Shown one piece after another: positions 8,760 to 16,056 of a stretch of DNA of 32,000 nucleotides. Source of the DNA: Cupriavidus necator (GTDB lineage: Bacteria > Pseudomonadota > Gammaproteobacteria > Burkholderiales > Burkholderiaceae); the NCBI RefSeq assembly GCF_016127575.1, contig NZ_CP066018.1, forward strand, positions 1,020,001-1,052,000, in the 5' to 3' direction. How positions within the stretch are numbered: position 1 is the first letter of the stretch; every line of letters starts with the position of its first letter. Below the pieces are notes generated by a model. The model was not told the DNA's origin. It made no database searches and saw only the letters and a program-made list of their open reading frames with translations. The translations under genes and the position numbers were made by a program.

Positions 8760-8785
8760 CCGTCGTTCCCGGCCGGGAACGACGG
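8760..8785. repeat. Perfect 26-nt palindrome between the acyl-CoA dehydrogenase gene and fadB'
   Basis: CCGTCGTTCCCGG|CCGGGAACGACGG. It lies 11 nt downstream of the dehydrogenase stop and 39 nt upstream of the fadB' ATG. No U-tract. Confidence 0.7.
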
Positions 8786-8796
8786 GTAGAGTCGAC

Positions 8797-10584
8797 TCAG
8801 AACAGGTCTGCGTCCAGCGCCATCAGCGTGGCCGAACCGGCGCGCGCCTTGCGGATCTCGGCGGCGGTTTCCGGCAGCAGCCTGGCAAAGTAGAAGCGTG
8901 CCGTGGCCAGCTTGGCGGTGTAGAACTTGTCGCCGCTCGCTTCCTTCTCCAGCGCGATCTTGGCCATGCGGGCCCAGAAGTATGAGAACACCAGGTGGCC
9001 CACCACGCGCAGGTACGGCACCGCGGCAGCGCCCACCTCGTCGGCATTGCCCATCGCCTTCATGCCGATTTCCATGGTGAGCTTCTGCACCTTGTCGCCA
9101 ATGTCGGCGAGCGGGTTGATGAACTCCTGCATGGCTTCGTTGGTGCCTTCGGCTTCAACGAATTCCTGCACGATCTTGCCGAAGGCCTTCATCCTGGCGC
9201 CCATGTCGCCCAGGATCTTGCGGCCCAGCAGGTCCAGCGCCTGGATGGTGTTGGTGCCTTCGTAGATCATGTTGATGCGCGCATCGCGCACATACTGCTC
9301 CATGCCCCACTCGGCGATATAGCCGTGGCCGCCGAACACCTGCATGCCCTCATTGGTGGACGTGAAGGCGTTGTCGGTCAGGAAGGCCTTGATCACCGGC
9401 GTGAGCAGCGCGACCAGGTCGCCGGCCTGCTTGCGCACGGCTTCGTCAGGGTGCGACAACTCGCGGTCGATCTGCAGCGCGGTCCAGTAGCTGAAGGCGC
9501 GGCCGCCTTCGGCGTAGGCCTTCTGCGTCAGCAGCATGCGGCGCACGTCCGGGTGCACGATGATCGGGTCGGCGGGCTTGTCCGGCGCCTTCGGGCCGGT
9601 CAGCGCGCGCATCTGCAGGCGGTCCTTGGCGTAGGCCAGCGAGTTCTGGTACGCCACTTCGGTCAGCCCCAGGCCCTGCGCGCCCACGCCCAGGCGCGCG
9701 GCGTTCATCATCACGAACATGGCGTTCAGGCCCTTGTTGGGCTCGCCCACCATCCAGCCGCGCGCGCCGTCCAGGTTCATCACGCAGGTGGCGTTGCCGT
9801 GGATGCCCATCTTGTGCTCGATCGAGCCGCACTTGATGCCGTTGCGCTCGCCCGGGTTGCCGTTGGCATCGGGGATGAACTTGGGCACCACGAACAGCGA
9901 GATGCCCTTGGTGCCGCCCGGCGCGTCCGGCAGGCGTGCCAGCACCAGGTGGATGATGTTCTCGGCCATGTCGTGCTCGCCGGCCGAGATGAAGATCTTG
10001 GTGCCCGAGATCAGGTAGGAACCGTCGGCCTGCGGCTCTGCCTTGGAACGCAGGATGCCGAGGTCGGTGCCGCAGTGCGGCTCGGTCAGGCACATGGTGC
10101 CGGTCCACACGCCGGAGACCAGCTTGGGCAGGTAGGTCTGCTGCAGTTCTGGCGTGCCGTGCGCGTGCAGCGCCTCGTACGCGCCGTGCGACAGGCCCGG
10201 GTACATGGTCCAGGCCTGGCCGGCCGAGTTCAGCATCTCGTAGACCACATTGTTGATCACGATCGGCAGGCCCTGGCCGCCGAACTCGGGATCGCACGCC
10301 AGCGCCGGCCAGCCGGCCTCGACATACTGCTGGTAGGCTTCCTTGAAGCCGGTGGGAGCCTTGACCACGCCGTCGCCGACGTAGGTGCAGCCTTCGCGGT
10401 CGCCCACCTGGTTGAGCGGGAACACCACGTCCGAGCAGAACTTGCCGGCTTCCTCGATAACCTGGTTGATGGTGTCCGCGTCGATGTCCGCGTGCGGCGG
10501 CATCGCCTTGAGTTCGGCTTCGGCGCCGAGCAGTTCATGGAGCACGAACTGCATGTCGCGCAACGGTGCGGTGTACTGGCCCAT
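8797..10584 (-). CDS. Long-form acyl-CoA dehydrogenase (about 595 aa)
   Basis: The track ORF starts at 10617. I prefer ATG 10584 (MGQYTAPLRDMQFVL...) because AAGGAG sits 6 nt upstream. Acyl-CoA dehydrogenase motifs present: GTMCLTEPHCGTDLG and FGGHGYI. It has the extended C-terminal helical domain. Confidence 0.9.
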   Translation of the reverse strand: MGQYTAPLRDMQFVLHELLGAEAELKAMPPHADIDADTINQVIEEAGKFCSDVVFPLNQVGDREGCTYVGDGVVKAPTGFKEAYQQYVEAGWPALACDPEFGGQGLPIVINNVVYEMLNSAGQAWTMYPGLSHGAYEALHAHGTPELQQTYLPKLVSGVWTGTMCLTEPHCGTDLGILRSKAEPQADGSYLISGTKIFISAGEHDMAENIIHLVLARLPDAPGGTKGISLFVVPKFIPDANGNPGERNGIKCGSIEHKMGIHGNATCVMNLDGARGWMVGEPNKGLNAMFVMMNAARLGVGAQGLGLTEVAYQNSLAYAKDRLQMRALTGPKAPDKPADPIIVHPDVRRMLLTQKAYAEGGRAFSYWTALQIDRELSHPDEAVRKQAGDLVALLTPVIKAFLTDNAFTSTNEGMQVFGGHGYIAEWGMEQYVRDARINMIYEGTNTIQALDLLGRKILGDMGARMKAFGKIVQEFVEAEGTNEAMQEFINPLADIGDKVQKLTMEIGMKAMGNADEVGAAAVPYLRVVGHLVFSYFWARMAKIALEKEASGDKFYTAKLATARFYFARLLPETAAEIRKARAGSATLMALDADLF

Positions 10585-10660
10585 CTGAGACTCCTTGGAG
10601 TTGTGCGATGCCGCCACGCCGCCCGTCCCGCTTGCGCGATACGGTCCGACCGGGGCGACC

Positions 10661-11302
10661 TCAGGTACGGTAAGACTGAATCAGCTTGTTGAGCGCGACC
10701 ATGGCAAGCTCGGCACTGTCAGGCAGGCGCAGGAAACGGGCGTCATGATGCAAGCCTAGTTCAAGGCTGTACATCTCGAACAGCATCAGGCGCGGATCGC
10801 AGTCCGCGCGCAGGTGCCCTTCCTCCCGCGCCTGGTTGATGGCGCGCGTGAGCGCTGCCCGCCAGATGGTGACGCTCTTGACCAGCTCGTCACGCACCAG
10901 GCTGCCGGCACGGTCGTCGTACTCCACGGCGCCGCTGATGTAGATGCATCCAGTCGTCACTTCCTGGATGCGCTTCTCCATCCAGCGCCGCACCATCGAC
11001 CATAGCCGGGGCAGGCCGCGCGGCTCCTGCAGCGAGGGATAGAACACCTCCTGCTCGAACCGGCGGTGATACTCCCGCACCACCTCCACCTGCAGGTCTT
11101 CGCGCGAACCGAAATGCGCGAAGACACCGCTCTTGCTCATCTGCATGCGTTCCGCGAGCAGCCCGATGGTCAGACCTTCGAGCCCGTCGCGGGACGACAA
11201 TTCCAGTGCGGCATCCAGAATCGCCACGCGCGTCATTTCACCCTTGCGCATTGGCGCGGGGGAGGCGGCGGCGGATTCGAGACGGGCTGACTGGTGTCGC
11301 AT
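10661..11302 (-). CDS. TetR/AcrR-family transcriptional regulator, first gene of the beta-oxidation operon
   Basis: The track ORF starts at 11413. I prefer ATG 11302 (MRHQSARLES...), which has GGAGAAAAAAC upstream. HTH region: RVAILDAALELSSRDGLEGLTIGLLAERMQMSKSGVFAHFGSREDLQ. Confidence 0.85.
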   Translation of the reverse strand: MRHQSARLESAAASPAPMRKGEMTRVAILDAALELSSRDGLEGLTIGLLAERMQMSKSGVFAHFGSREDLQVEVVREYHRRFEQEVFYPSLQEPRGLPRLWSMVRRWMEKRIQEVTTGCIYISGAVEYDDRAGSLVRDELVKSVTIWRAALTRAINQAREEGHLRADCDPRLMLFEMYSLELGLHHDARFLRLPDSAELAMVALNKLIQSYRT

Positions 11303-11431
11303 GTTTTTTCTCCGTTCTGCGGGACCCTGCTGCGGCCCCGCGTATGACCCTGACGTTGCATTATTTGCTTGCGGCCGAACCGGCGGATTTGCCGGTGCAT
11401 ACCGCGAATGCACGCAGTCTAAGCCAAAAAA

Positions 11432-11443
11432 GAACGGTCGTTC
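11432..11443. promoter_or_regulatory. Candidate operator: inverted repeat GAACG-N2-CGTTC
   Basis: GAACGGTCGTTC begins 3 nt downstream of the predicted -10 on the minus strand, so it overlaps the expected transcription start of the tetR operon. Confidence 0.35.
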
Positions 11444-11445
11444 AG

Positions 11446-11474
11446 ATTATTCTGGCGCAGCAGCCGACCATCAA
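11446..11474 (-). promoter_or_regulatory. Sigma70-type promoter of the tetR / beta-oxidation operon
   Basis: The minus strand reads TTGATG (11474-11469), a 17-nt spacer, then AATAAT (11451-11446). It sits in the only AT-rich patch of the 310-bp intergenic region. Confidence 0.5.
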
Positions 11475-11612
11475 GCTTTTAATTAGACCGCTGTTTCTAA
11501 ACGGACTGCAATGCAGCATGTCCGTCATGTCGGTCATGGCTTGCGCCGCGACCGGTTGCAGCGAGCGCCCTGCCGCATGGCAGCAAACGCACACCGCGTT
11601 CGCGGCTGTCGT

Positions 11613-12908
11613 TCAGTAGCGCCCCGCGACACCGGCAATGACGACACCCAGGCGCAGCAGCATATAGGCCGCCCAGTTGGCCAGCCGGTGCAGCGGCGAG
11701 CGGCGCGCATGCACCTCGGGCATCACGCGCACGCTGCGGTGCGCAATGGCGTATTCCAGCGCGGTGCGCAGTTCAGCGGCGAAGGCCGCATCATAAACGG
11801 CGACGTTGGCTTCGCGCGCGAGCAGCAGGCTGAACGGGTCCATATTGCTCGACCCGACCGTGGCCCAGGCCTCGTCGACCACGCCCACCTTGGCGTGCAG
11901 GAAGCTCTCGGCATACTCGTAGATCTCGACGCCGGCCTCCAGCAGCGAGGCATACAGCGCATGGGTGGCGTAGTGCTGCAGCCGGTATTCGACCCGCCCC
12001 TGCAGCAGCAGCCGCACGCGCACGCCGCGCGCGCGGCAGGCCAGCAGCGCGCGCCGCATCTTGTGGCCAGGCAGGAAGTAGGCGTTGGCAAGGATCACGT
12101 CGTGGCGCGCGGCGCCCAGCGCGCGCAGGTATTCGCGCTCGATGGTGCGGCGGTTGCGCAGGTTATCGCGCAGCAGCAGCGCGGCGCGTACGCCGCCCGC
12201 GGCTTCCGGGCGCGGCGGCAGGTCGGTGACCAGCGGGTAGTCGGCCACCGCGGCGGCGCGTTCGGTGCCGTGCATATCGCGCAGCGACAAGCGCCACCAG
12301 AGCCGCTCGGCGGACAGCGCGATGCCGTCCACCAGCGGGCCGCCGACCTGCACCGCGAAGTCATAGCGCGGCCCCAGGTTGGCGCCTTCGAACGGGCCGT
12401 GGTTGTGGTCGTCGATGATATTGATGCCGCCGACAAAAGCCACGCGCCGGTCGATCACCGCCAGCTTGCGGTGCAGCCGGCGCAGGTGGCGCCGCGCCAG
12501 CCGGAAGCCGCGCAGCATGCGGAATACGCGCAGTTGCACGCCGCCGGCGCGCAGCCGCGCGGCCAGCTCGGCGGGCATGTCGCCGGCGCCGAATCCGTCC
12601 ACGGTCACGCGCACGGTCACGCCGCGCGCGGCGGCGCGGATCAGCGCGTCGCTGACCGCGCGGCCGACCTCGTCATCGGCATAGATGTAGGTTTCCAGCA
12701 TCACCTGGAACGCGGCCTGGTCGATGGCGGCGATCAGCGCGGGGAAGAAGTCCTGGCCGCCGTGCAGCAGCCGCACCGCATTGCCGGTGGTGGGCTTGCC
12801 GCGGCGCCAGGTCCAGCGCAGCATGTGGCGGCGCGGCGCGTGGTCGCCGGCCGCTGCGGGGTCGTGCGCGCGGGTGTCGGCATGAGCGGAGTGGGAGATC
12901 CGTGACAT
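11613..12908 (-). CDS. clsB: Phospholipase-D-family cardiolipin synthase, ClsB-type
   Basis: Two HKD motifs: HRKLAVIDRRVAFVGGINIID and HAKVGVVDEAWATVGSSNMD. There are no N-terminal TM helices, which fits ClsB rather than ClsA. The start is uncertain. ATG 12908 (MSRISH...) is chosen over the track start at 12968, which would leave only 20 bp to mobB. Confidence 0.8.
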   Translation of the reverse strand: MSRISHSAHADTRAHDPAAAGDHAPRRHMLRWTWRRGKPTTGNAVRLLHGGQDFFPALIAAIDQAAFQVMLETYIYADDEVGRAVSDALIRAAARGVTVRVTVDGFGAGDMPAELAARLRAGGVQLRVFRMLRGFRLARRHLRRLHRKLAVIDRRVAFVGGINIIDDHNHGPFEGANLGPRYDFAVQVGGPLVDGIALSAERLWWRLSLRDMHGTERAAAVADYPLVTDLPPRPEAAGGVRAALLLRDNLRNRRTIEREYLRALGAARHDVILANAYFLPGHKMRRALLACRARGVRVRLLLQGRVEYRLQHYATHALYASLLEAGVEIYEYAESFLHAKVGVVDEAWATVGSSNMDPFSLLLAREANVAVYDAAFAAELRTALEYAIAHRSVRVMPEVHARRSPLHRLANWAAYMLLRLGVVIAGVAGRY

Positions 12909-12988
12909 GCCGTGATTATCGGACAGATTGCCGGGCGCAAGGCGCCGCGCGCACATTGGCAGGCGCATCTCTGCTATCGTCGAGACTG

Positions 12989-13564
12989 ATGCTTGCCCGC
13001 GCAGCCAGCGACGGGCAAGCGACGACTGACGCCCCCACGGAACCCATTGTGAAGGTATTCGGCATTACCGGATCGTCCGGCAGCGGCAAGACCACGCTGC
13101 TGGACCAGCTCATCCCCTGTTTCGTCGCCGCCGGCCTGCGCGTGGCCGGCGTCAAGCATACCCATCACGGCTTTGACCCCGACACGCCCGGCAAGGACTC
13201 CTGGCGCATGCGCGAGGCCGGCTGCGCCAATGTCGTGCTGGTCGGCGCGCGCCACCTTACGCTGATGCGCCACTACCCGGAAGCGGTGCCCTCGCCCGAA
13301 CTGGACGATGCGCTCGCCGTGCTGCCGGCCGACACCGAACTGGTGCTGGTGGAGGGCTACAAGCGCAGTGATTTTCCCAAGCTGGAGGTATATCGCCCGG
13401 CACTGGGGCGCACGCCGCTGTGGGACGAGGTGCCGGGCGTGGTGGCGGTGGCAAGCGACGACCCTGCCGCGGTCGCTGCCATGACCGCGCTGCCGGTGCT
13501 GGACCTGAACGACCCGCAGGCGGTGTTCGCCTTCATCCGCGACTATCCGGACAGCGCGCGCTGA
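12989..13564 (+). CDS. mobB: Molybdopterin-guanine dinucleotide biosynthesis adapter protein MobB (P-loop)
   Basis: P-loop VFGITGSSGSGKTTLLDQL followed by VKHTHHGFD and DSWR motifs. The start is uncertain. ATG 12989 is chosen; GTG 13049 directly before VKVFGITG is also possible; the track start is 12902. Confidence 0.75.
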   Translation: MLARAASDGQATTDAPTEPIVKVFGITGSSGSGKTTLLDQLIPCFVAAGLRVAGVKHTHHGFDPDTPGKDSWRMREAGCANVVLVGARHLTLMRHYPEAVPSPELDDALAVLPADTELVLVEGYKRSDFPKLEVYRPALGRTPLWDEVPGVVAVASDDPAAVAAMTALPVLDLNDPQAVFAFIRDYPDSAR

Positions 13565-13566
13565 AT

Positions 13567-14349
13567 TCAGGCGGCCTTGCCGGCGGGCTCCGCGGGCATG
13601 GCCAGCTCGCCCCGCGGATGCCCCAGTTCCGCCACCAGCGGCACGTGATCCGAGCGCTGCGCCCAGTCGCGGCCGGTCAGCGCATGCGCGCGCTCGATCT
13701 CGTAGCCGCGCACATAGATGCGGTCGAGCTGCCACCACGGCATATGGCTGGGGAAGGTATGCAGCCGCGCACCGCGCGCGTGCGAGGCCTCGACCGCGCC
13801 CAGCGTATTGCAGATCTGCGCATCGAGCCGGTGGTTCCAGTCGTTGAAGTCGCCGGCGATCACCAGCGGCATGCCCGCGGGCACCACGGTGCGCACACGC
13901 TCCACCAGGGCCTCGGCCTGGCGCACGCGGCTGCGCGCGAACAGGCCGAAATGCACGCAGATCAGGTGGGTTTCCACCCCGTGCACATCCGCCACCGCAT
14001 GCAGCAGCCCGCGCTGCTCGAAGCGGTGGTCGGAAATATCCAGGTTTTCGGACATCAGGATCGGGTGGCGCGACAGGATCGCGTTGCCGTGATGGCCGTA
14101 GTCATAGACCGCGTTGCGGCCGTAGACCGAGTGCGGATAGGCGTCAGTGGCCAGGTAGTTGAGCTGCGTATGCTCCGGATCGAACAGCGCCGCGGCCACC
14201 AGCCGGTCGTTGCGGTCCTGCACTTCCTGCAGGAAGACGATGTCCGCATCCATCGCATGCAGGCCGGCGCGCACGTTCTGGATGCGCGGGCGCCGCGAGA
14301 TGCCGGTCACTCCCTTGTGGATGTTGTAGGTGACCACGCGCAGCTTCAT
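13567..14349 (-). CDS. Endonuclease/exonuclease/phosphatase (EEP) family protein, YbhP-like
   Basis: The track ORF (start 14592) has an Arg/Ala-rich, non-coding-looking N-terminal extension. I prefer ATG 14349 (MKLRVVTYNIHKG...), which overlaps the nudB stop as ATGA. EEP motifs present: TYNIH, FLQEV, GDFNDW, SDHVPL. Confidence 0.85.
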   Translation of the reverse strand: MKLRVVTYNIHKGVTGISRRPRIQNVRAGLHAMDADIVFLQEVQDRNDRLVAAALFDPEHTQLNYLATDAYPHSVYGRNAVYDYGHHGNAILSRHPILMSENLDISDHRFEQRGLLHAVADVHGVETHLICVHFGLFARSRVRQAEALVERVRTVVPAGMPLVIAGDFNDWNHRLDAQICNTLGAVEASHARGARLHTFPSHMPWWQLDRIYVRGYEIERAHALTGRDWAQRSDHVPLVAELGHPRGELAMPAEPAGKAA

Positions 14350-14834
14350 GGCTGCGCTCCGTATACCGCCTGCCGCTCGCCAGCGCCAGCCCCGGCCGCG
14401 CGCCAGGCGAGCTGGCGGATGGCCTCGGCATTGCTGCTGGAAAAGCATTGCTGCGCCGCCTGCTCCCACGGCAGCCACTGGTATTGCAGGTGTTCGCGTG
14501 GCGCCAGCGTCACCGGCAGCGCCTGCTGCACGCGCAGCCCGAACCAGTGCTCGGTATTGCGCGTGACGCCTTCGGCGTAGCGGTGGCGCCACTGCGGGTA
14601 GATCTCGTACTGGATGGTGTGGGCCCAGTCGGTCAGCTGGTGCTCGCCGGCGATGATGCCGGTTTCCTCGGCCACTTCACGCGCGGCGGTCAGGGCCAGG
14701 GGTTCGTCCAGGGTGTCGAGGCTGCCGGTCACGGACTGCCAGAACCCCGGGCGATCGGCGCGTTCCAGCAGCAAGACTTGAAGATCTGGCGTGTAAATCA
14801 CCACCAGCACGGATTCCGGGATCTTGTAGGACAT
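14346..14834 (-). CDS. nudB: Dihydroneopterin triphosphate diphosphatase (Nudix)
   Basis: From ATG 14834, MSYKIPESVLVVIY...FWQSVTGS...REVAEETG...GVTRNTEHWF aligns by eye with E. coli NudB (KRPVSILVVIY, FWQSVTGS, GVTRNTESWF). The track start (GTG 14888) lies inside a hairpin. Confidence 0.85.
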   Translation of the reverse strand: MSYKIPESVLVVIYTPDLQVLLLERADRPGFWQSVTGSLDTLDEPLALTAAREVAEETGIIAGEHQLTDWAHTIQYEIYPQWRHRYAEGVTRNTEHWFGLRVQQALPVTLAPREHLQYQWLPWEQAAQQCFSSSNAEAIRQLAWRAAGAGAGERQAVYGAQP

Positions 14835-14932
14835 GGGTCTGGGCGAAAGGACAAACCCAAGGATAGCGCAGCCGTGCCACGTTGCCACGCGAAAGCGTGG
14901 CGGCGCACGCCCGGGTCGACCCTCGGCGGCCT

Positions 14933-15844
14933 TCAGGCGGCGCTGCGCGTGCCATAGGTGGCACGGGGTGCCAGGTACGGCTCGTCGGCGGCAGTGCGCT
15001 GCCAGGTGTCGAACACCTGGGGCGAATCGCCGTGGCCCCAGGCGGCACGCAGCTGGTCCATCAGCGGCGCCAGCGCCTGGCGGTAGCGCTTGGACGCGCC
15101 ATGCGCGTGCGTGGCCAGCGCGTCGGCGCGGTGCCGGACCTCGCCCTGCAGCCGCGTGCGCTCCAGCGCGATTTCCTTCTCGCGCTGTCCCAGCGAGTTG
15201 TACTTCTGGATCAGGAAGCGCTGGTAATCGCCGCCATCCATGCCCTGCGCCGCCTGCGCGTTGACCTGCTCGAAACGCAGCACGATGCTGCCGGTTTCCT
15301 GCTCGATATGGGCAACCTCGGCGTCCAGGGCCTGCAGCGCCTCCTGCACGCGCTGGGCGTCGCGGCGCAGTGCCTGCACCTGCGCGGCCTCGTCCTCGAA
15401 CACGCGCTGCGCATCCAGGTAGGCCTGCACCACCGGCTGCGGCGCCACCACCAGCAGCGGGTCGGCGCCGTCGGCGCGCTGGCCGGCCAGCAAGGCGTCG
15501 TCGGCCAGGCGCAGGTTGCCGAGCTCGTCCAGCCAGCGCCCGCGCGTCATGACCACGCCGACGGTATCCAGCGCCAGCCGGCGCAGCGCTTCGGCACGCT
15601 GCATTTCCACCGGCTCGGCCGCCGCGGCGGGCGCGGCCGACTGCACCGCATGGGCGATGTCGGGCACGCAGGCGGCCACCGTGGTGGCCACCGATTCAGA
15701 CATGGCCTGCGCCGAGCGGCGCACGGCGCGGCGCAGCTCGAAGCGCGCCAGCAGCATCATCACCAGTCCGGCCACCAGCCAGGTCAGGATGGTTTGGTCA
15801 TGGGCCAGCAGGAACTGGCGGATCAGGTCGATATCCAGGGTCAC
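14933..15844 (-). CDS. Hypothetical membrane-anchored coiled-coil protein; no family recognised
   Basis: 303 aa from GTG 15844, with a strong SD (GGGAGG) 6 nt upstream. High GC3 codon pattern throughout. One N-terminal TM helix (ILTWLVAGLVMMLLARF). The central region is Ala/Gln/Arg-rich and heptad-like (AQVQALRRDAQRVQEALQALDAEVAHIEQE). Confidence 0.6.
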   Translation of the reverse strand: MTLDIDLIRQFLLAHDQTILTWLVAGLVMMLLARFELRRAVRRSAQAMSESVATTVAACVPDIAHAVQSAAPAAAAEPVEMQRAEALRRLALDTVGVVMTRGRWLDELGNLRLADDALLAGQRADGADPLLVVAPQPVVQAYLDAQRVFEDEAAQVQALRRDAQRVQEALQALDAEVAHIEQETGSIVLRFEQVNAQAAQGMDGGDYQRFLIQKYNSLGQREKEIALERTRLQGEVRHRADALATHAHGASKRYRQALAPLMDQLRAAWGHGDSPQVFDTWQRTAADEPYLAPRATYGTRSAA

Positions 15845-16004
15845 GAATTTCCTCCCGAGTGCCGGAAGCCTTCATTGCGAGGCCGCTCGGCAAATTACGT
15901 GTCAAAGAGAGCAGACCCCGCCGCGGCGCCCTTCGTTCCGACCGGTAACAAATCGAAACCAATGCGCCGCGCGCCTCACAGCGCAGGCGCCCAGACGTTG
16001 CGCA

Positions 16005-16036
16005 TAAAGCAAAAAAGCCGCGCAATCGCGCGGCTT
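16005..16036 (-). terminator. Rho-independent terminator of aspS
   Basis: The minus strand reads AAGCCGCGC-GATT-GCGCGGCTT followed by TTTTGCTTT. It begins 20 nt after the aspS stop. Confidence 0.85.
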
Positions 16037-16056
16037 CCTTGCGGACTTCAGGCAAC

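Noticed and set aside
11517-11539. Tandem 9-mer CATGTCCGT CATGTCGGT CATGG in the clsB-tetR intergenic region.
   Set aside because: It has only about 2.5 short copies and no phasing with the promoter. That is compatible with chance or slippage and too weak to interpret.
12909-12988. Small hairpin GGCGC-AAG-GCGCC in the clsB-mobB divergent region, considered as a regulatory element.
   Set aside because: A 5-bp GC stem in a GC-rich genome is expected by chance, and both gene starts here are themselves uncertain.
13567-14592. N-terminally extended versions of real genes in the ORF track, for example EEP from 14592, FmdB from 19214, TetR from 11413, UbiJ from 23952, NudB from 14888 and the thioesterase from 2609.
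   Set aside because: The extensions are Arg/Pro/Ala-rich and lack homology-like sequence. They overlap neighbouring genes or terminator stems. Internal ATGs with SD sequences or stop/start overlaps, and alignment to known N-termini (NudB, AspRS), support the shorter forms.
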